Virus record (IMG/VR): IMGVR_UViG_3300049144_000095
Location: 187,160-251,159 of that record
Origin: a virus
Lineage: Duplodnaviria > Caudoviricetes
Direction: 5' to 3' (one strand)
DNA: 64,000 bases
The notes beneath the pieces are model-generated. The model was not told the origin of the DNA, made no database searches, and saw nothing but the letters and a program-made list of their open reading frames with translations. A program made the translations under genes and the position numbers. This document shows positions 29,201 to 35,862 of the stretch, piece after piece; positions within the stretch are counted from its first letter, which is position 1, and every line of letters starts with the position of its first letter.

Positions 29201-29732
29201 GACGACCTATCTCACGCTCGCTCACGCTGTGGGCGGCCTCAAAGTCAGTTCGTTCCAGATCACCCCCGACGAGACGTTCGCAAGTCTGGGTATCCGGGTC
29301 GGAGCGAGCGTGGGCGTCGATTCGACGAACGTCTACATCTACCGAGAGCCGGAGGACCGGATCTCGGATTTCATCCAGTGGGACTCCACTAACGGCTGGA
29401 CCTCTCAGAACGGTGTTTTTACGGGCCTGTCCTTCGCCAGCGGCGTCCTGACGGTCACCCACGAAGCCATGGGCACGGACAAGCATCACAGCATCGCCAT
29501 TGCCAACCGGGGCGGCGTGCTTGCGCAAGCGGCTGCCCTCACCGACACCACCTTCCAGGTTGCCTTCTACAGCGGATCCTTCGGCAGCCTCGCATCGGTC
29601 ACCACGGCAGCGTCCACGATGCGCTTCTATGTCACCCGCTATGGACGTCGGGCCACGGTGCCTTCCGAGAACCCGGCCAACGTGGTCAGCGCCAACGGCA
29701 ACTTCTGGATCACCGGTCTGATCGAGGTATAG
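23232..29732 (+). CDS. giant tail-fibre/depolymerase-like protein with pectate-lyase-type beta-helix and about 15 internal repeats
   Basis: Actinophage minor-tail-like N-terminus; NVRDYGAVGDGTADDTTAIQAAI...GGTVYLPRGEY; repeated GAAxGVASLDxxxKVPxxQ(L/I)P. Confidence 0.8.
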   Translation: MPLPAERTVTGKYVNPVTGEPYDGRTGEHYVIFEPVPDRWTDQAGNQILLGGGRVNLDETGSFAEDVVCTDVDDVLPEDGRLWRLRQYVGGAWSVQYLQVPTGSGPIDITDVGSVDLCGIEYVPVPGPPGPATEVTGVAPVQVTTQAPGKAQVSLEPGAEGQVLTTADGQAQWVNPSGGGGSSTWGGILGTLSNQADLKAALDAKLSASLAGAANGVASLDSSGMVPLPQLPRGGPLGLATLDATGKLSLGQLSSDIPASYVNSGTLDSARIPDLSSLYLTASQKGSANGVASLDSSGKVPNSQLPAATPLGMATLDADGKLVQTQIPDTDAAKVTSGAFDPARIPDLSSAYVAVTEVGAADGVASLGSDGKVPAGQLDVITGGLDTATLSGGNIRPNTVNPLAIDIDPLTGRIVDYSTNPPTVTDVQTDDVITVELDSIAQERGITWLLMGADHSVFQQETRPSPEDRRNFLVLGFVLQDGGSIVLAHSIPTVIEQPVNQLYDLLDAIGAFNLSGNSISPNGNNLILNHEPGRVFSRGWNYWDGSSRTNSPHIVSTVGAIPASWVHVTRDGDISPASATATVDVGHYDLDGVLTPATEPVVHQLYVFPTSDGSEIHVLQYGQQTFASLDDAVRQAAAAPITVNPALPGNAVLLAYLAVSPTATDLSDPAQAQVIIASAFGGSGGSGGGGGGGYAQLSGAEFTGPVGSVREESDSIAEYARTTADTSHRFRRLVDGTQQWGSGSAPMDAELRRLAAGLLAFLDTDVLVGQDGAKALRLRQSGTNVGVDASAADLFVSVWELAGFAGAQRTYLRLEATAQLAHAIGTWAFAADSDGSAVHTLDAANNKLGLHGATPVARQTVSGARSTGAALQSLLQALNLVGLINDTSTAGPDMVQTVNGESGPDVTLDAADVGADPAGSATAAGSAAVSAAAADAATKYTPLTDPRLTDSRTPVAHADTHASGGTDSLTPGAIGALSASQKGTASGVASLDAGTKVPVAQIPNLPASQINSGTLDVARIPDLSSLYLAASRLGAANGVASLGANGKVPAGQLPASTVANVRDYGAVGDGTADDTTAIQAAINAANGVGGGTVYLPRGEYKISSALTIYNHIALVGDGDYVTNIVQSSTTAHGLVGNNLSYVTIKSLRLTGPNSGNGEGIAFMTEFDYCIIEDVTVTNFGSTGIDIEQPIVSHFVKVKSRLNGGAGFYIHGTGSGAGTSLSMDACWAHDNVSNGYSFYNMTYCSLNACAADNQINSGKSGYLLNTCIGFNLSGCGSENNNIGVTFTGGGSHVVNGFFNYSNPSGGMGFWVTGGASDIQLNAINESAPNASALRWVQVDTGCSATVRGSSHTTADQFASGTTVRYSNASGTEAVAGSRAAGQNLVVGATAPLGDNGVGEIQVANATTVPTTNPTGGATAYAQGGVLKVRQADGTVVTVQNPPVTSVNGKTGAASLTASDVSAVPTSAVGAASGVASLDSGSKVPTGQIPALPASQIGSGTFATARIPDLSATYVAVSQKGVASGVATLDASTKIPTAQIPDLPASQINSGTFAVGQIPDLSSVYLAIGQKGAASGVASLDATTKIPVAQIPSLPASQINSGVLDPARLPDLSGTYVTTGRIGAASGVASLDAGSKVPAAQLPDLSSTYLATSAAGAANGVASLDATTKIPVAQVPSLPASQIASGTFAAARIPDLSAAYLTVAQRAAANGVASLDSASQVPVAQIPSLAYLPSAGGNLTGPITSTGASAAAILVAGIVSGDGFDRYRLTADGGQAWGSGAAARDTTLRRSAAGVLATDNTFAALTGLQVGSVSTDFGGGAGVVSIKNATTVPTANPTNGGILYAQGGVLKVRQSDGTVVTLQNPPVTSVNGSTGAVSVTPASISAVATSAVGAASGVASLDSSSKVPVAQIPSLSSTYLTVSQRGAANGVASLDASSLVPTSQLPDQRVLVGETGRKYRLLSGVIRNTGSGWAFINDTGHQPSGFTGVTATTTYLTLAHAVGGLKVSSFQITPDETFASLGIRVGASVGVDSTNVYIYREPEDRISDFIQWDSTNGWTSQNGVFTGLSFASGVLTVTHEAMGTDKHHSIAIANRGGVLAQAAALTDTTFQVAFYSGSFGSLASVTTAASTMRFYVTRYGRRATVPSENPANVVSANGNFWITGLIEV

Positions 29733-29782
29733 CGGGGGCCTGTGAGCCGAGAGGCGGCCGTTCATCAGTGCGACGGCCGCCT

Positions 29783-30226
29783 CTACTGCTTCCGTCGCCA
29801 GAACCGGTGATACCCGCTCAGCTTGCGACGCGCTCCCGGCCAGCCCATGGCCTTCTGCGGGGCGTCTACCGCCAGGTAGCTGCGGGCGCCCGCCCGGCTC
29901 GTGCCGTCAGCGCTCACGTCCATCAGCAGCCCCTCGTCGAGGAGGGCGTCGAGGGCTTCTCTCGTCCGGGTCTTGGAGGACGGCTTTCCGTTCACGCCGG
30001 GGAGCAGCCAGCAGACCTCGTCCAGGGTCATCGGAGGAATGCCGAGCCCGTTCTCGAACTGCATGGAGCGCAGGATGCACCACAGGCGGAAAGCCGTCGG
30101 GGTGATCCGCTCGCACAGCATGACCCAGTCGGGGATCAGCGTGAACGAGGGCCGCCTTCGCCGCAGCATTCTGCGTCGAAGGCGCCTTCCAGTCGGAACC
30201 GACGGCACATCAGTCTGCTGCCCCAT
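29783..30226 (-). CDS. winged-helix (initiator-like) protein
   Basis: FTLIPDWVML...ITPTAFRLWCIL...TREALDALLDEGLL; G-rich RBS before ATG 30226. Confidence 0.65.
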   Translation of the reverse strand: MGQQTDVPSVPTGRRLRRRMLRRRRPSFTLIPDWVMLCERITPTAFRLWCILRSMQFENGLGIPPMTLDEVCWLLPGVNGKPSSKTRTREALDALLDEGLLMDVSADGTSRAGARSYLAVDAPQKAMGWPGARRKLSGYHRFWRRKQ

Positions 30227-30418
30227 CCCCCCTCCCCTCGCAATCCCCGCATCGGACCCTAGTCGTGTTTTCGGCTGCCACTGCCGACCGGGCGCGTTCA
30301 TCCGTGCGCCTTGCCCGAAGGGGTGCCGCAAGTGGCTGACCTTTGAGGGGGCACCCGGTCGGCGCCTGCCTTCACAGAGGCCGTCGCAGCAGCTCAAGTC
30401 TACTCTCCAACAGGCTAC

Positions 30419-30448
30419 TTGACGGCCTAGGCCACTCCATGGAAGAGT
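30419..30448 (+). promoter_or_regulatory. putative promoter with GGCCTAGGCC (30424-30433)
   Basis: TTGACG then palindrome then AAGAGT at N18; same layout as 58966. Confidence 0.5.
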
Positions 30449-30494
30449 ACTCCATGTCGCCACAACGGGGCGGCCTCGGAAGGGAGAACCAAAG

Positions 30495-30776
30495 GTGAGC
30501 AACGGCCGAAACGGAAAGATCAAGCCGATGGGCTTCGACGCTGCGGCGACAGTTCTGACTTGCGACTTCTCCCCTGAGGCACGCACCAACTTCACCACTC
30601 TGGTGAGGGACGTGGCCCGCCAGTACGACCACAACGACTCCGTCGCCCTGAACCGCCTCCGCAGCCGCCTGAACCGGGCGGCAGGAGGGCGCAACGCAAC
30701 GAGGCGACGCTGGGCCGAGGAGGTACTGGCGAAGCTCCCCAAGCGGGAGCCCCTGGCTGCCGGTTTCGGCCGGTAA
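30495..30776 (+). CDS. small basic hypothetical protein
   Basis: GGGAGA RBS; first gene after the palindrome-containing promoter. Confidence 0.5.
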   Translation: MSNGRNGKIKPMGFDAAATVLTCDFSPEARTNFTTLVRDVARQYDHNDSVALNRLRSRLNRAAGGRNATRRRWAEEVLAKLPKREPLAAGFGR

Positions 30777-30981
30777 CCAGAGTCATGAAGCCCTAGGAGG
30801 GCCGTGAGAGCCGTAGGTGGCTACCTCGCCGCAGCGGCTGCATCCATGACCGCGTGGTCCTGGGCCGTTCTCGAACGCCAGGTTCACGCGGTCATGGCAT
30901 TTCTGCTCGTCGCTGTTGTCGCAGCAGGTTCCACGGTTAGATCGCAGTCAAAACAACGCAGAAGTGGGGAGGGAGAAGATC

Positions 30982-31104
30982 GTGAAGAAGGTGTGGGCGT
31001 GGGTGTGTCTGACGGCGGCGGCGGGCCTGATGCTCGTGGCTGGTGAGCGCCGGGCGGTCGAGGCTGTCGCGCTCGACTCGGACAACCTGGCGGGCATCCG
31101 GTGA
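30982..31104 (+). CDS. small membrane peptide
   Basis: GGAGGGAG RBS; hydrophobic VWAWVCLTAAAGLMLVA; GTGA overlap with next gene. Confidence 0.4.
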   Translation: MKKVWAWVCLTAAAGLMLVAGERRAVEAVALDSDNLAGIR

Positions 31105-31490
31105 AGCAGCCCTGGGAGGTCATCACTCGCCTCCCCGAGGGCAGCCAGTACCTGGAGGCCGTGATCTGGGTGCCCGACGAAACGGAGAGGGCCGACGTCA
31201 AGGAAGCCCTCTACAGTCTTGGCGCCCAGTTCTCCAGCTTTCCCGGCGATGTCGCTACCGGTTACCTGCGGTCCGGCAAAGCGTTTTTCTCCCGTGACTC
31301 CGTCGCGGTCGAGGTCCACGGATTCGGCGTACTGGCCCCCCTGGAGATCTCCAGTGTCCTGCTGGAGGACATCAAGTGGCTCCGCCTGCACGTGGCAGAG
31401 GAGTCCCACAACACCAAGGACCGCGCCAGGCGTGAGTGGCTGACCGCAGCCGTTCCGCTGGAGCGGCTGGAAGAGGAGTCCCATGAGTAG
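31101..31490 (+). CDS. hypothetical protein
   Basis: Coupled overlaps on both sides. Confidence 0.6.
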   Translation: MKQPWEVITRLPEGSQYLEAVIWVPDETERADVKEALYSLGAQFSSFPGDVATGYLRSGKAFFSRDSVAVEVHGFGVLAPLEISSVLLEDIKWLRLHVAEESHNTKDRARREWLTAAVPLERLEEESHE

Positions 31491-31722
31491 ACGTGACCGA
31501 CGGCTGGCGGCCGAGAAGTACGCGGGCCAGCCCTCGGCGTCGGAGACGAGCCGGGCCAAGGAGGCGAAGCGGGGGCGCCCGTCCGCCCCGGCTGCGGGGA
31601 GCGTCCAGCAGGCGCTCGCCAACTTCGATCCGAGCAACCCCAAGGAGACGGCGATACCGCGCGACGAGGAGTCCAAGAGCCGCGCGCGCTCACACCGGCT
31701 CGGTCTCCCCCGGCTGCCCTGA
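31483..31722 (+). CDS. small basic hypothetical protein
   Basis: GAGGAG RBS; overlaps upstream stop. Confidence 0.45.
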   Translation: MSRRDRRLAAEKYAGQPSASETSRAKEAKRGRPSAPAAGSVQQALANFDPSNPKETAIPRDEESKSRARSHRLGLPRLP

Positions 31723-32001
31723 CGGACCCGTCTTCCGGCTTTCGGGCGGGAATTCGGACCTCACCCCAGAGGTATTCGGGAGGTAACTGAAACTGCACTC
31801 TGAGTGAGAGGGGGACTCGATTCTTCACCGAGTCCCCCTCGGTGTGTTCCCATATTTATCAATGATGGTGTAACCATGAACCAGCCGACATCGTCGTCCT
31901 GTTCTCCCTGAACCCTCTGTAAGCTGCAACTACCCTCGCAATCTGGCGATTTGGCTGGCAAGCGGTGGTAGGATAAGCGCAGTTGAGGAAAGGAGCCACA
32001 C

Positions 32002-32352
32002 GTGGCCGCAAGCGAAAACGTCCCGCCGAGTCTGAACAAGGGCAAGCTGGCTGATGCCCTGGCTGAGCGCACGGGATTGGCCCGTCCCGTGGCCAAAGAG
32101 GTCGTGGAAAATGTCTTCGAGATCCTCGCTTCGACCGTGGCGCGAGGCGGCCGGGTTTCCATCTCCAACTTCGGCGGGTTCTCGCGTGCGGAGAAGCGGC
32201 CACGGATGGCGCGCAATCCGCACAACGGCGACAAGATCCAGGTTCCCGCGCGGAAGGGCATCAAGTTCTCCGTTTCCCCACGCCTGCTCGACTACGCAAA
32301 CTCGGACGACCCGTCTGCCACGACCATCCGCAAGAACCCCGCTTCCAAGTAG
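32002..32352 (+). CDS. HU/IHF-family histone-like DNA-binding protein
   Basis: LNKGKLADALAERTG...RVSISNFGGF...RMARNPHNGDKIQVPARKGIKF. Confidence 0.92.
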   Translation: MAASENVPPSLNKGKLADALAERTGLARPVAKEVVENVFEILASTVARGGRVSISNFGGFSRAEKRPRMARNPHNGDKIQVPARKGIKFSVSPRLLDYANSDDPSATTIRKNPASK

Positions 32353-32431
32353 TGGCCCAGGCCAGACTGTGGTAAGCTTCTGATGTTCAACGAAGCGAAC
32401 CCATAAGGCAGTTGACGGAAAGGCAGAAGAG

Positions 32432-32911
32432 ATGTCCCTCGGTACCACGGCCCGTGCCCTGATGCGCTCGGCCAAGAAGAAGTTCCCCGGCGCCGCCAAC
32501 ACCGACCTCGTCGAGTACGTCACGCTCCAGGTGCGCACGGCGCTCGCCCACCCCTCCACCACCATCAAGGACGACGAGCTGATCCGGCTCGCCGACGCCG
32601 AGTTCGCCAAGGCCGTCGAGCAGGGCGAGACCTGGGCCGTCGCCCTGACGAACTCGTACCGCGACAACGTCATCGCGCCCCTCGTCGAGAAGGCCCGGGA
32701 GAAGGGCGTCGACCCCGTTCCGGCCATCGTCATGCAGACGGACCTCACCGAGGCCGAGGCCAGCGCCCTGGTCGCGTCGCTGGACGCGGACGCCGGGGCC
32801 GACAGCGACGGTGACTCCGACGACGGCAACCCCTGGTCCTCGGCGGGCGAGGACGAGGGTGACAACGACGACCGGCAGGCGGCCGGTCTGGCCAACGCCG
32901 CGTCCTACTGA
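32432..32911 (+). CDS. hypothetical protein with acidic tail
   Basis: Strong RBS; followed by a hairpin. Confidence 0.65.
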   Translation: MSLGTTARALMRSAKKKFPGAANTDLVEYVTLQVRTALAHPSTTIKDDELIRLADAEFAKAVEQGETWAVALTNSYRDNVIAPLVEKAREKGVDPVPAIVMQTDLTEAEASALVASLDADAGADSDGDSDDGNPWSSAGEDEGDNDDRQAAGLANAASY

Positions 32912-33009
32912 CCGTCAAGGTCGCACGAGGCCGGTCCCGGTGCCCCACACCCGGGTCCGGCCTTTCGTGTCCCCAGCTCCAGTCGCCCCGACACTGCATG
33001 GAGGAAGCG

Positions 33010-33342
33010 ATGTTCCTGTATTACGTTGCACCTGTCGTGCGCACCGACGCAGGCATGACCGTCAACCCCCTGAGCGGAGCCTGCGTGCTGGCCGGTTCGC
33101 CGCACGAGGGTCATCGATCCCTCGGGCTGCCCGACGCGGGCGAGATGTTCGCCGTCTGGGTGTTCGGTCAGACCGACTCTGCCGAGCGCCCCGAGCTGAC
33201 CCTGTGGCGGGCGGGTGAAATCTGCTCACAGATGCCACCCCACAGGGTCTACGCCTGTCTCGGCGGTGGCGCCTTGTGTGAACTGAACATCGATCCGCTG
33301 CTCGATGTGCGTGTGGAGGCCGGACGTGCTGGTGCCGACTGA
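33010..33342 (+). CDS. hypothetical protein
   Basis: GGAGGAAG RBS; overlaps the FtsK-like gene. Confidence 0.55.
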   Translation: MFLYYVAPVVRTDAGMTVNPLSGACVLAGSPHEGHRSLGLPDAGEMFAVWVFGQTDSAERPELTLWRAGEICSQMPPHRVYACLGGGALCELNIDPLLDVRVEAGRAGAD

Positions 33343-34645
33343 CGAAGAGCAGCGCCTACTGGAATGCCTGTCAACGGAGTGGTGGTCGAAGAACGCCACC
33401 GCTCCGGTCGTTCGAGATGTTGTCGTGCTCAAATCGGAGATGACACGGGCCGGTGTTGAGGCACACCTGAAGATCACCGGAAACAGCACCAACGCGACAC
33501 GTCAGAAGCTGGAGGACGGTGTCGACTTCTTGCGCGTCCTGCTGGATGTCGAAGATGACCATCCACTGGTGGTTCTCCCCAACGGCCGAGCCTCACAGGT
33601 GAAAATCGCCATCCGTACCCGACGGGTCACTGAGGAGATGGACATGTTCTGGCATCCGGGCCGCGTCGGGCTGGGTGTCGACAGCGTGACCGGGGATGTT
33701 GTCGACATCCCCTTCCAGAAGCAGCTCCAGGTGTCCGGCGCCAAGGGGTCCGGCAAGTCCTGGGCCATGCGCCCGATGATGGCGCGTGCCGTCATTCTGC
33801 CCGAGATCAGCCCGGTTTTCGCCGACCCCAAGATCGTCGAAGGTACCTGGTGGGAGGGGCTGATGCCGGTCTACTACCCGGGTGAGTTCGAAGAGATGCT
33901 GGACTCGGCGACCGACGACATGCACACCCGCGCCGAGCTGATGCGGAAGGAGAGGTCGACCGTCTGGCGCCCCGAGTTCGGCCCCTACCGGATCTACATC
34001 GTGGATGAAGGCCGCGAGTTTCTGGGCAACCTCCGGCGAATCGACTTGGTCAACCAGAAGCTGGCCCGTGCCAGGCGGCGCAGCGAAGAGGAGAGCGAGG
34101 TCGAGCTGTCTCCCGGGGACGGCGAGTGCCTGGACAAGCTGCTACGCATCTCCAGCATGGGTCGAGCCTGGGGCGTCTTCCTCTGGTGGGCCACGCAGTA
34201 CCCGATCGTTTCTGGGAAGAATCCCGGCATCGATACCAATGTCGACGCGAATGCCGACTACCGCTTCTCTCTTCGCGTGAGCAAGCCTGGGCATGCCGCC
34301 GTGGCGCTGGGCGAAGATGCGGACTACGGGCCTCACCTGCTCACGGCGGACGACAGGAACCGTGGCTTCGGTTATCTCGGCGGATACGGACCGTCCCTGA
34401 TTCAGACTTGGACCGTGACCGACGAGATGATCTCACTTCTGGGGTATCCCGATCACGGGCGCGGAAAGTGGCCCCGCGACATCGCCCTCAAGGCGATTCA
34501 GGAACAGCCGGGCGCCGTATGGACGCCGGATCTCCTGACGTCGCGAGTCGGCTGCGGCCGAGTACAGGCGAGCAGGTTCCTGCGAACCTTCTCACGTGAG
34601 GGGCTGATGACTGCCGACCGAGACGCTTTCCGCCTGGTCGTGTGA
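33326..34645 (+). CDS. FtsK/SpoIIIE-family ATPase, TraB-like DNA translocase with C-terminal wHTH
   Basis: Walker A GAKGSGKS; FADPK; Walker B YIVDEG; GRAWGVFLWWATQYP; terminal LTSRVGCGRVQASRFL. Confidence 0.8.
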   Translation: MLVPTDEEQRLLECLSTEWWSKNATAPVVRDVVVLKSEMTRAGVEAHLKITGNSTNATRQKLEDGVDFLRVLLDVEDDHPLVVLPNGRASQVKIAIRTRRVTEEMDMFWHPGRVGLGVDSVTGDVVDIPFQKQLQVSGAKGSGKSWAMRPMMARAVILPEISPVFADPKIVEGTWWEGLMPVYYPGEFEEMLDSATDDMHTRAELMRKERSTVWRPEFGPYRIYIVDEGREFLGNLRRIDLVNQKLARARRRSEEESEVELSPGDGECLDKLLRISSMGRAWGVFLWWATQYPIVSGKNPGIDTNVDANADYRFSLRVSKPGHAAVALGEDADYGPHLLTADDRNRGFGYLGGYGPSLIQTWTVTDEMISLLGYPDHGRGKWPRDIALKAIQEQPGAVWTPDLLTSRVGCGRVQASRFLRTFSREGLMTADRDAFRLVV

Positions 34646-34682
34646 ACTCGCAGCCAGATGAGGGGCACCGTATGAGAACCCC

Positions 34683-34712
34683 TTGACCTAGGCCACTCCG
34701 GCTCGATAACGT
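34683..34712 (+). promoter_or_regulatory. promoter of the RNA island, overlapping a GACCTAGGCC operator variant
   Basis: TTGACC-N18-TAACGT. Confidence 0.6.
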
Positions 34713-34825
34713 AGTAACCAGTTCGAAGGCGGAAGCCGCACTTCGGATCACAACGAGGGTGATGTTACGACCGTCCTCGTTGTCTGTTCGCGCCGAGCGG
34801 CCCTCCGAACCGCCCGGCGCGAGAC

Positions 34826-34900
34826 TGGCGAATAGCTCAGCTCGGTCAGAGCGCGGAACTGATAATTCCGAGGTCGAAGGTTCAAGTCCTTCTTCGCCAA
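34826..34900 (+). tRNA. tRNA-Ile(GAU), CCA not encoded
   Basis: TGGCGAA/TTCGCCA acceptor; GCTC/GAGC D stem; CGGAA-CT GAT AA-TTCCG; GAAGG-TTCAAGT-CCTTC. Confidence 0.93.
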
Positions 34901-35104
34901 CTGAGCCAGGGGGGTAGCGCTGGGCACGGCGCACCTCCTGGCTCACTCTCTCTCCCCGCTGCACCTGGTACGGGCGGTGCAGCGGGGAGACGCCAAGCGA
35001 ACGGCGCAAGGAGCAGGTCGCATCGAGATGGGTGGTTCGTCGGAGCAGGTCAGGGGGTTTCGGCCCGACGGCCAAGCGGTCAACTAACCACCATCGTCCA
35101 TAGC

Positions 35105-35133
35105 TTGACGGTCGAACTGAGAGTAAATACCTT
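35105..35133 (+). promoter_or_regulatory. putative sigma70-type promoter for the Y-RNA array
   Basis: TTGACG-N17-TACCTT. Confidence 0.55.
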
Positions 35134-35169
35134 GCGGCACTACCGCAGGATCTTGTACTGTTTTTCTTA

Positions 35170-35245
35170 GCACCCGGTGTGAAGGCAACGGTTACTTCTT
35201 CTGCAAAAAGAACCCACACCGTAGCCGATTCGGTTAACCGGGGGC
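35170..35245 (+). ncRNA. Y-RNA-like gene 1 (short; scaffold plus single anticodon-like stem-loop, GCA)
   Basis: CCCGGT/ACCGGG closing stem; shared GGTGTG..ACGGTTACTTC..CACCGT..CGATTCGGTTAACC; TTCTT-CTGCAAA-AAGAA hairpin. Confidence 0.75.
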
Positions 35246-35263
35246 GTCAACTTCACAGTGGTT

Positions 35264-35408
35264 CTGGAGTCGTTCGGTGTGATAGTGACGGTTACTTCAC
35301 CTCTGGAGTGAGTAGACCGGTTCAACTCCGGCGACGGCGAAAGCCCGGTAGTGTAACGGCAGCACGCTAACGTACACCGTTGCGATTTGGTTAACCGGAC
35401 GACCCCAG
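35264..35408 (+). ncRNA. Y-RNA-like gene 2 (YrlA-type; circularly permuted tRNA-Gln-like module)
   Basis: CTGGAGTCGTTCGGT/ACCGGACGACCCCAG stem; TTCAC-CTCTGGA-GTGAG, T arm CCGG-TTCAACT-CCGG, GAAA-capped acceptor remnant, D arm GTGT-AACGGCA-GCAC. Confidence 0.82.
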
Positions 35409-35432
35409 AGTCACTGTGATGTGCGCAGACAA

Positions 35433-35576
35433 ACCGGCTGGTGTGTAAGCATCAGTTACTTCCGGTAATCTCTAGGTCGTTGGTTCAAGTCCAACCCGGA
35501 GCTTAAACACTTCGGTAGCTCAGTTGGCAGAGCAAGAGACAAATTGTCACTGGTGCGACTTGGTTAACCAGCCGGT
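35433..35576 (+). ncRNA. Y-RNA-like gene 3 (YrlA-type; circularly permuted tRNA module)
   Basis: ACCGGCTGGT/ACCAGCCGGT stem; TCTCT-AGGTC-GTTGG TTCAAGT CCAAC-CCGGAG loop CTTCGG-TA-GCTC AGTTGGCA GAGC-A-AGAGA (T arm precedes D arm). Confidence 0.88.
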
Positions 35577-35593
35577 CTGCCTGCGTACATGAG

Positions 35594-35622
35594 ATGCCCC
35601 CTCCCTGGAGGGGGCATTTTTT
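35594..35622 (+). terminator. intrinsic terminator closing the Y-RNA array
   Basis: ATGCCCCCTC-cctg-GAGGGGGCAT-TTTTT. Confidence 0.85.
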
Positions 35623-35643
35623 GTTTGACCGGAAAGGGGAGAA

Positions 35644-35859
35644 ATGAAAGCAGTCGGTGTCAGATATACGAACATCGACGCCCCCGAGAGTAACGGGTGC
35701 GACGGGTGCCTTGCCCTGAAGAACGTAAGGGCCTTCTGTGCGGATCACCGAGAAGGTCGCCCCTGTCTCTGGTGCCTCGACAGGGGCTACGCCGTGAGGG
35801 AAAACCGCTGGTTGCCGTGCGGATGCCGAACGGATCGAGTCAACGAAGAGGAGAACTGA
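35644..35859 (+). CDS. small Cys-rich (Zn-binding) protein upstream of Ro60
   Basis: GGAAAGGGGAG RBS; CDGC, CADH, CLWC, CGC; stop 3 nt before the TROVE start. Confidence 0.7.
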   Translation: MKAVGVRYTNIDAPESNGCDGCLALKNVRAFCADHREGRPCLWCLDRGYAVRENRWLPCGCRTDRVNEEEN

Positions 35860-35862
35860 ACC

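Noticed and set aside
28113-29765. 550-aa minus-strand ORF (also 45418..47199, 21796..23184, 10202..11338 and similar)
   Set aside because: Antisense shadows typical of high-GC coding DNA; the opposite strand carries the recognisable protein.
35027-35096. SRP (4.5S) RNA or a known small ribozyme
   Set aside because: Lacks the SRP domain IV CAGG-tetraloop-AGCA signature, and I could not fit hammerhead, pistol or twister cores; kept only as an unexplained structure.
35170-35576. CRISPR-like repeat-spacer array or ordinary tRNA genes
   Set aside because: The conserved parts are paired 5' and 3' arms around structured inserts, and the T arm precedes the D arm with a loop-closed acceptor; this fits permuted Yrl RNAs, not CRISPR or functional tRNAs.
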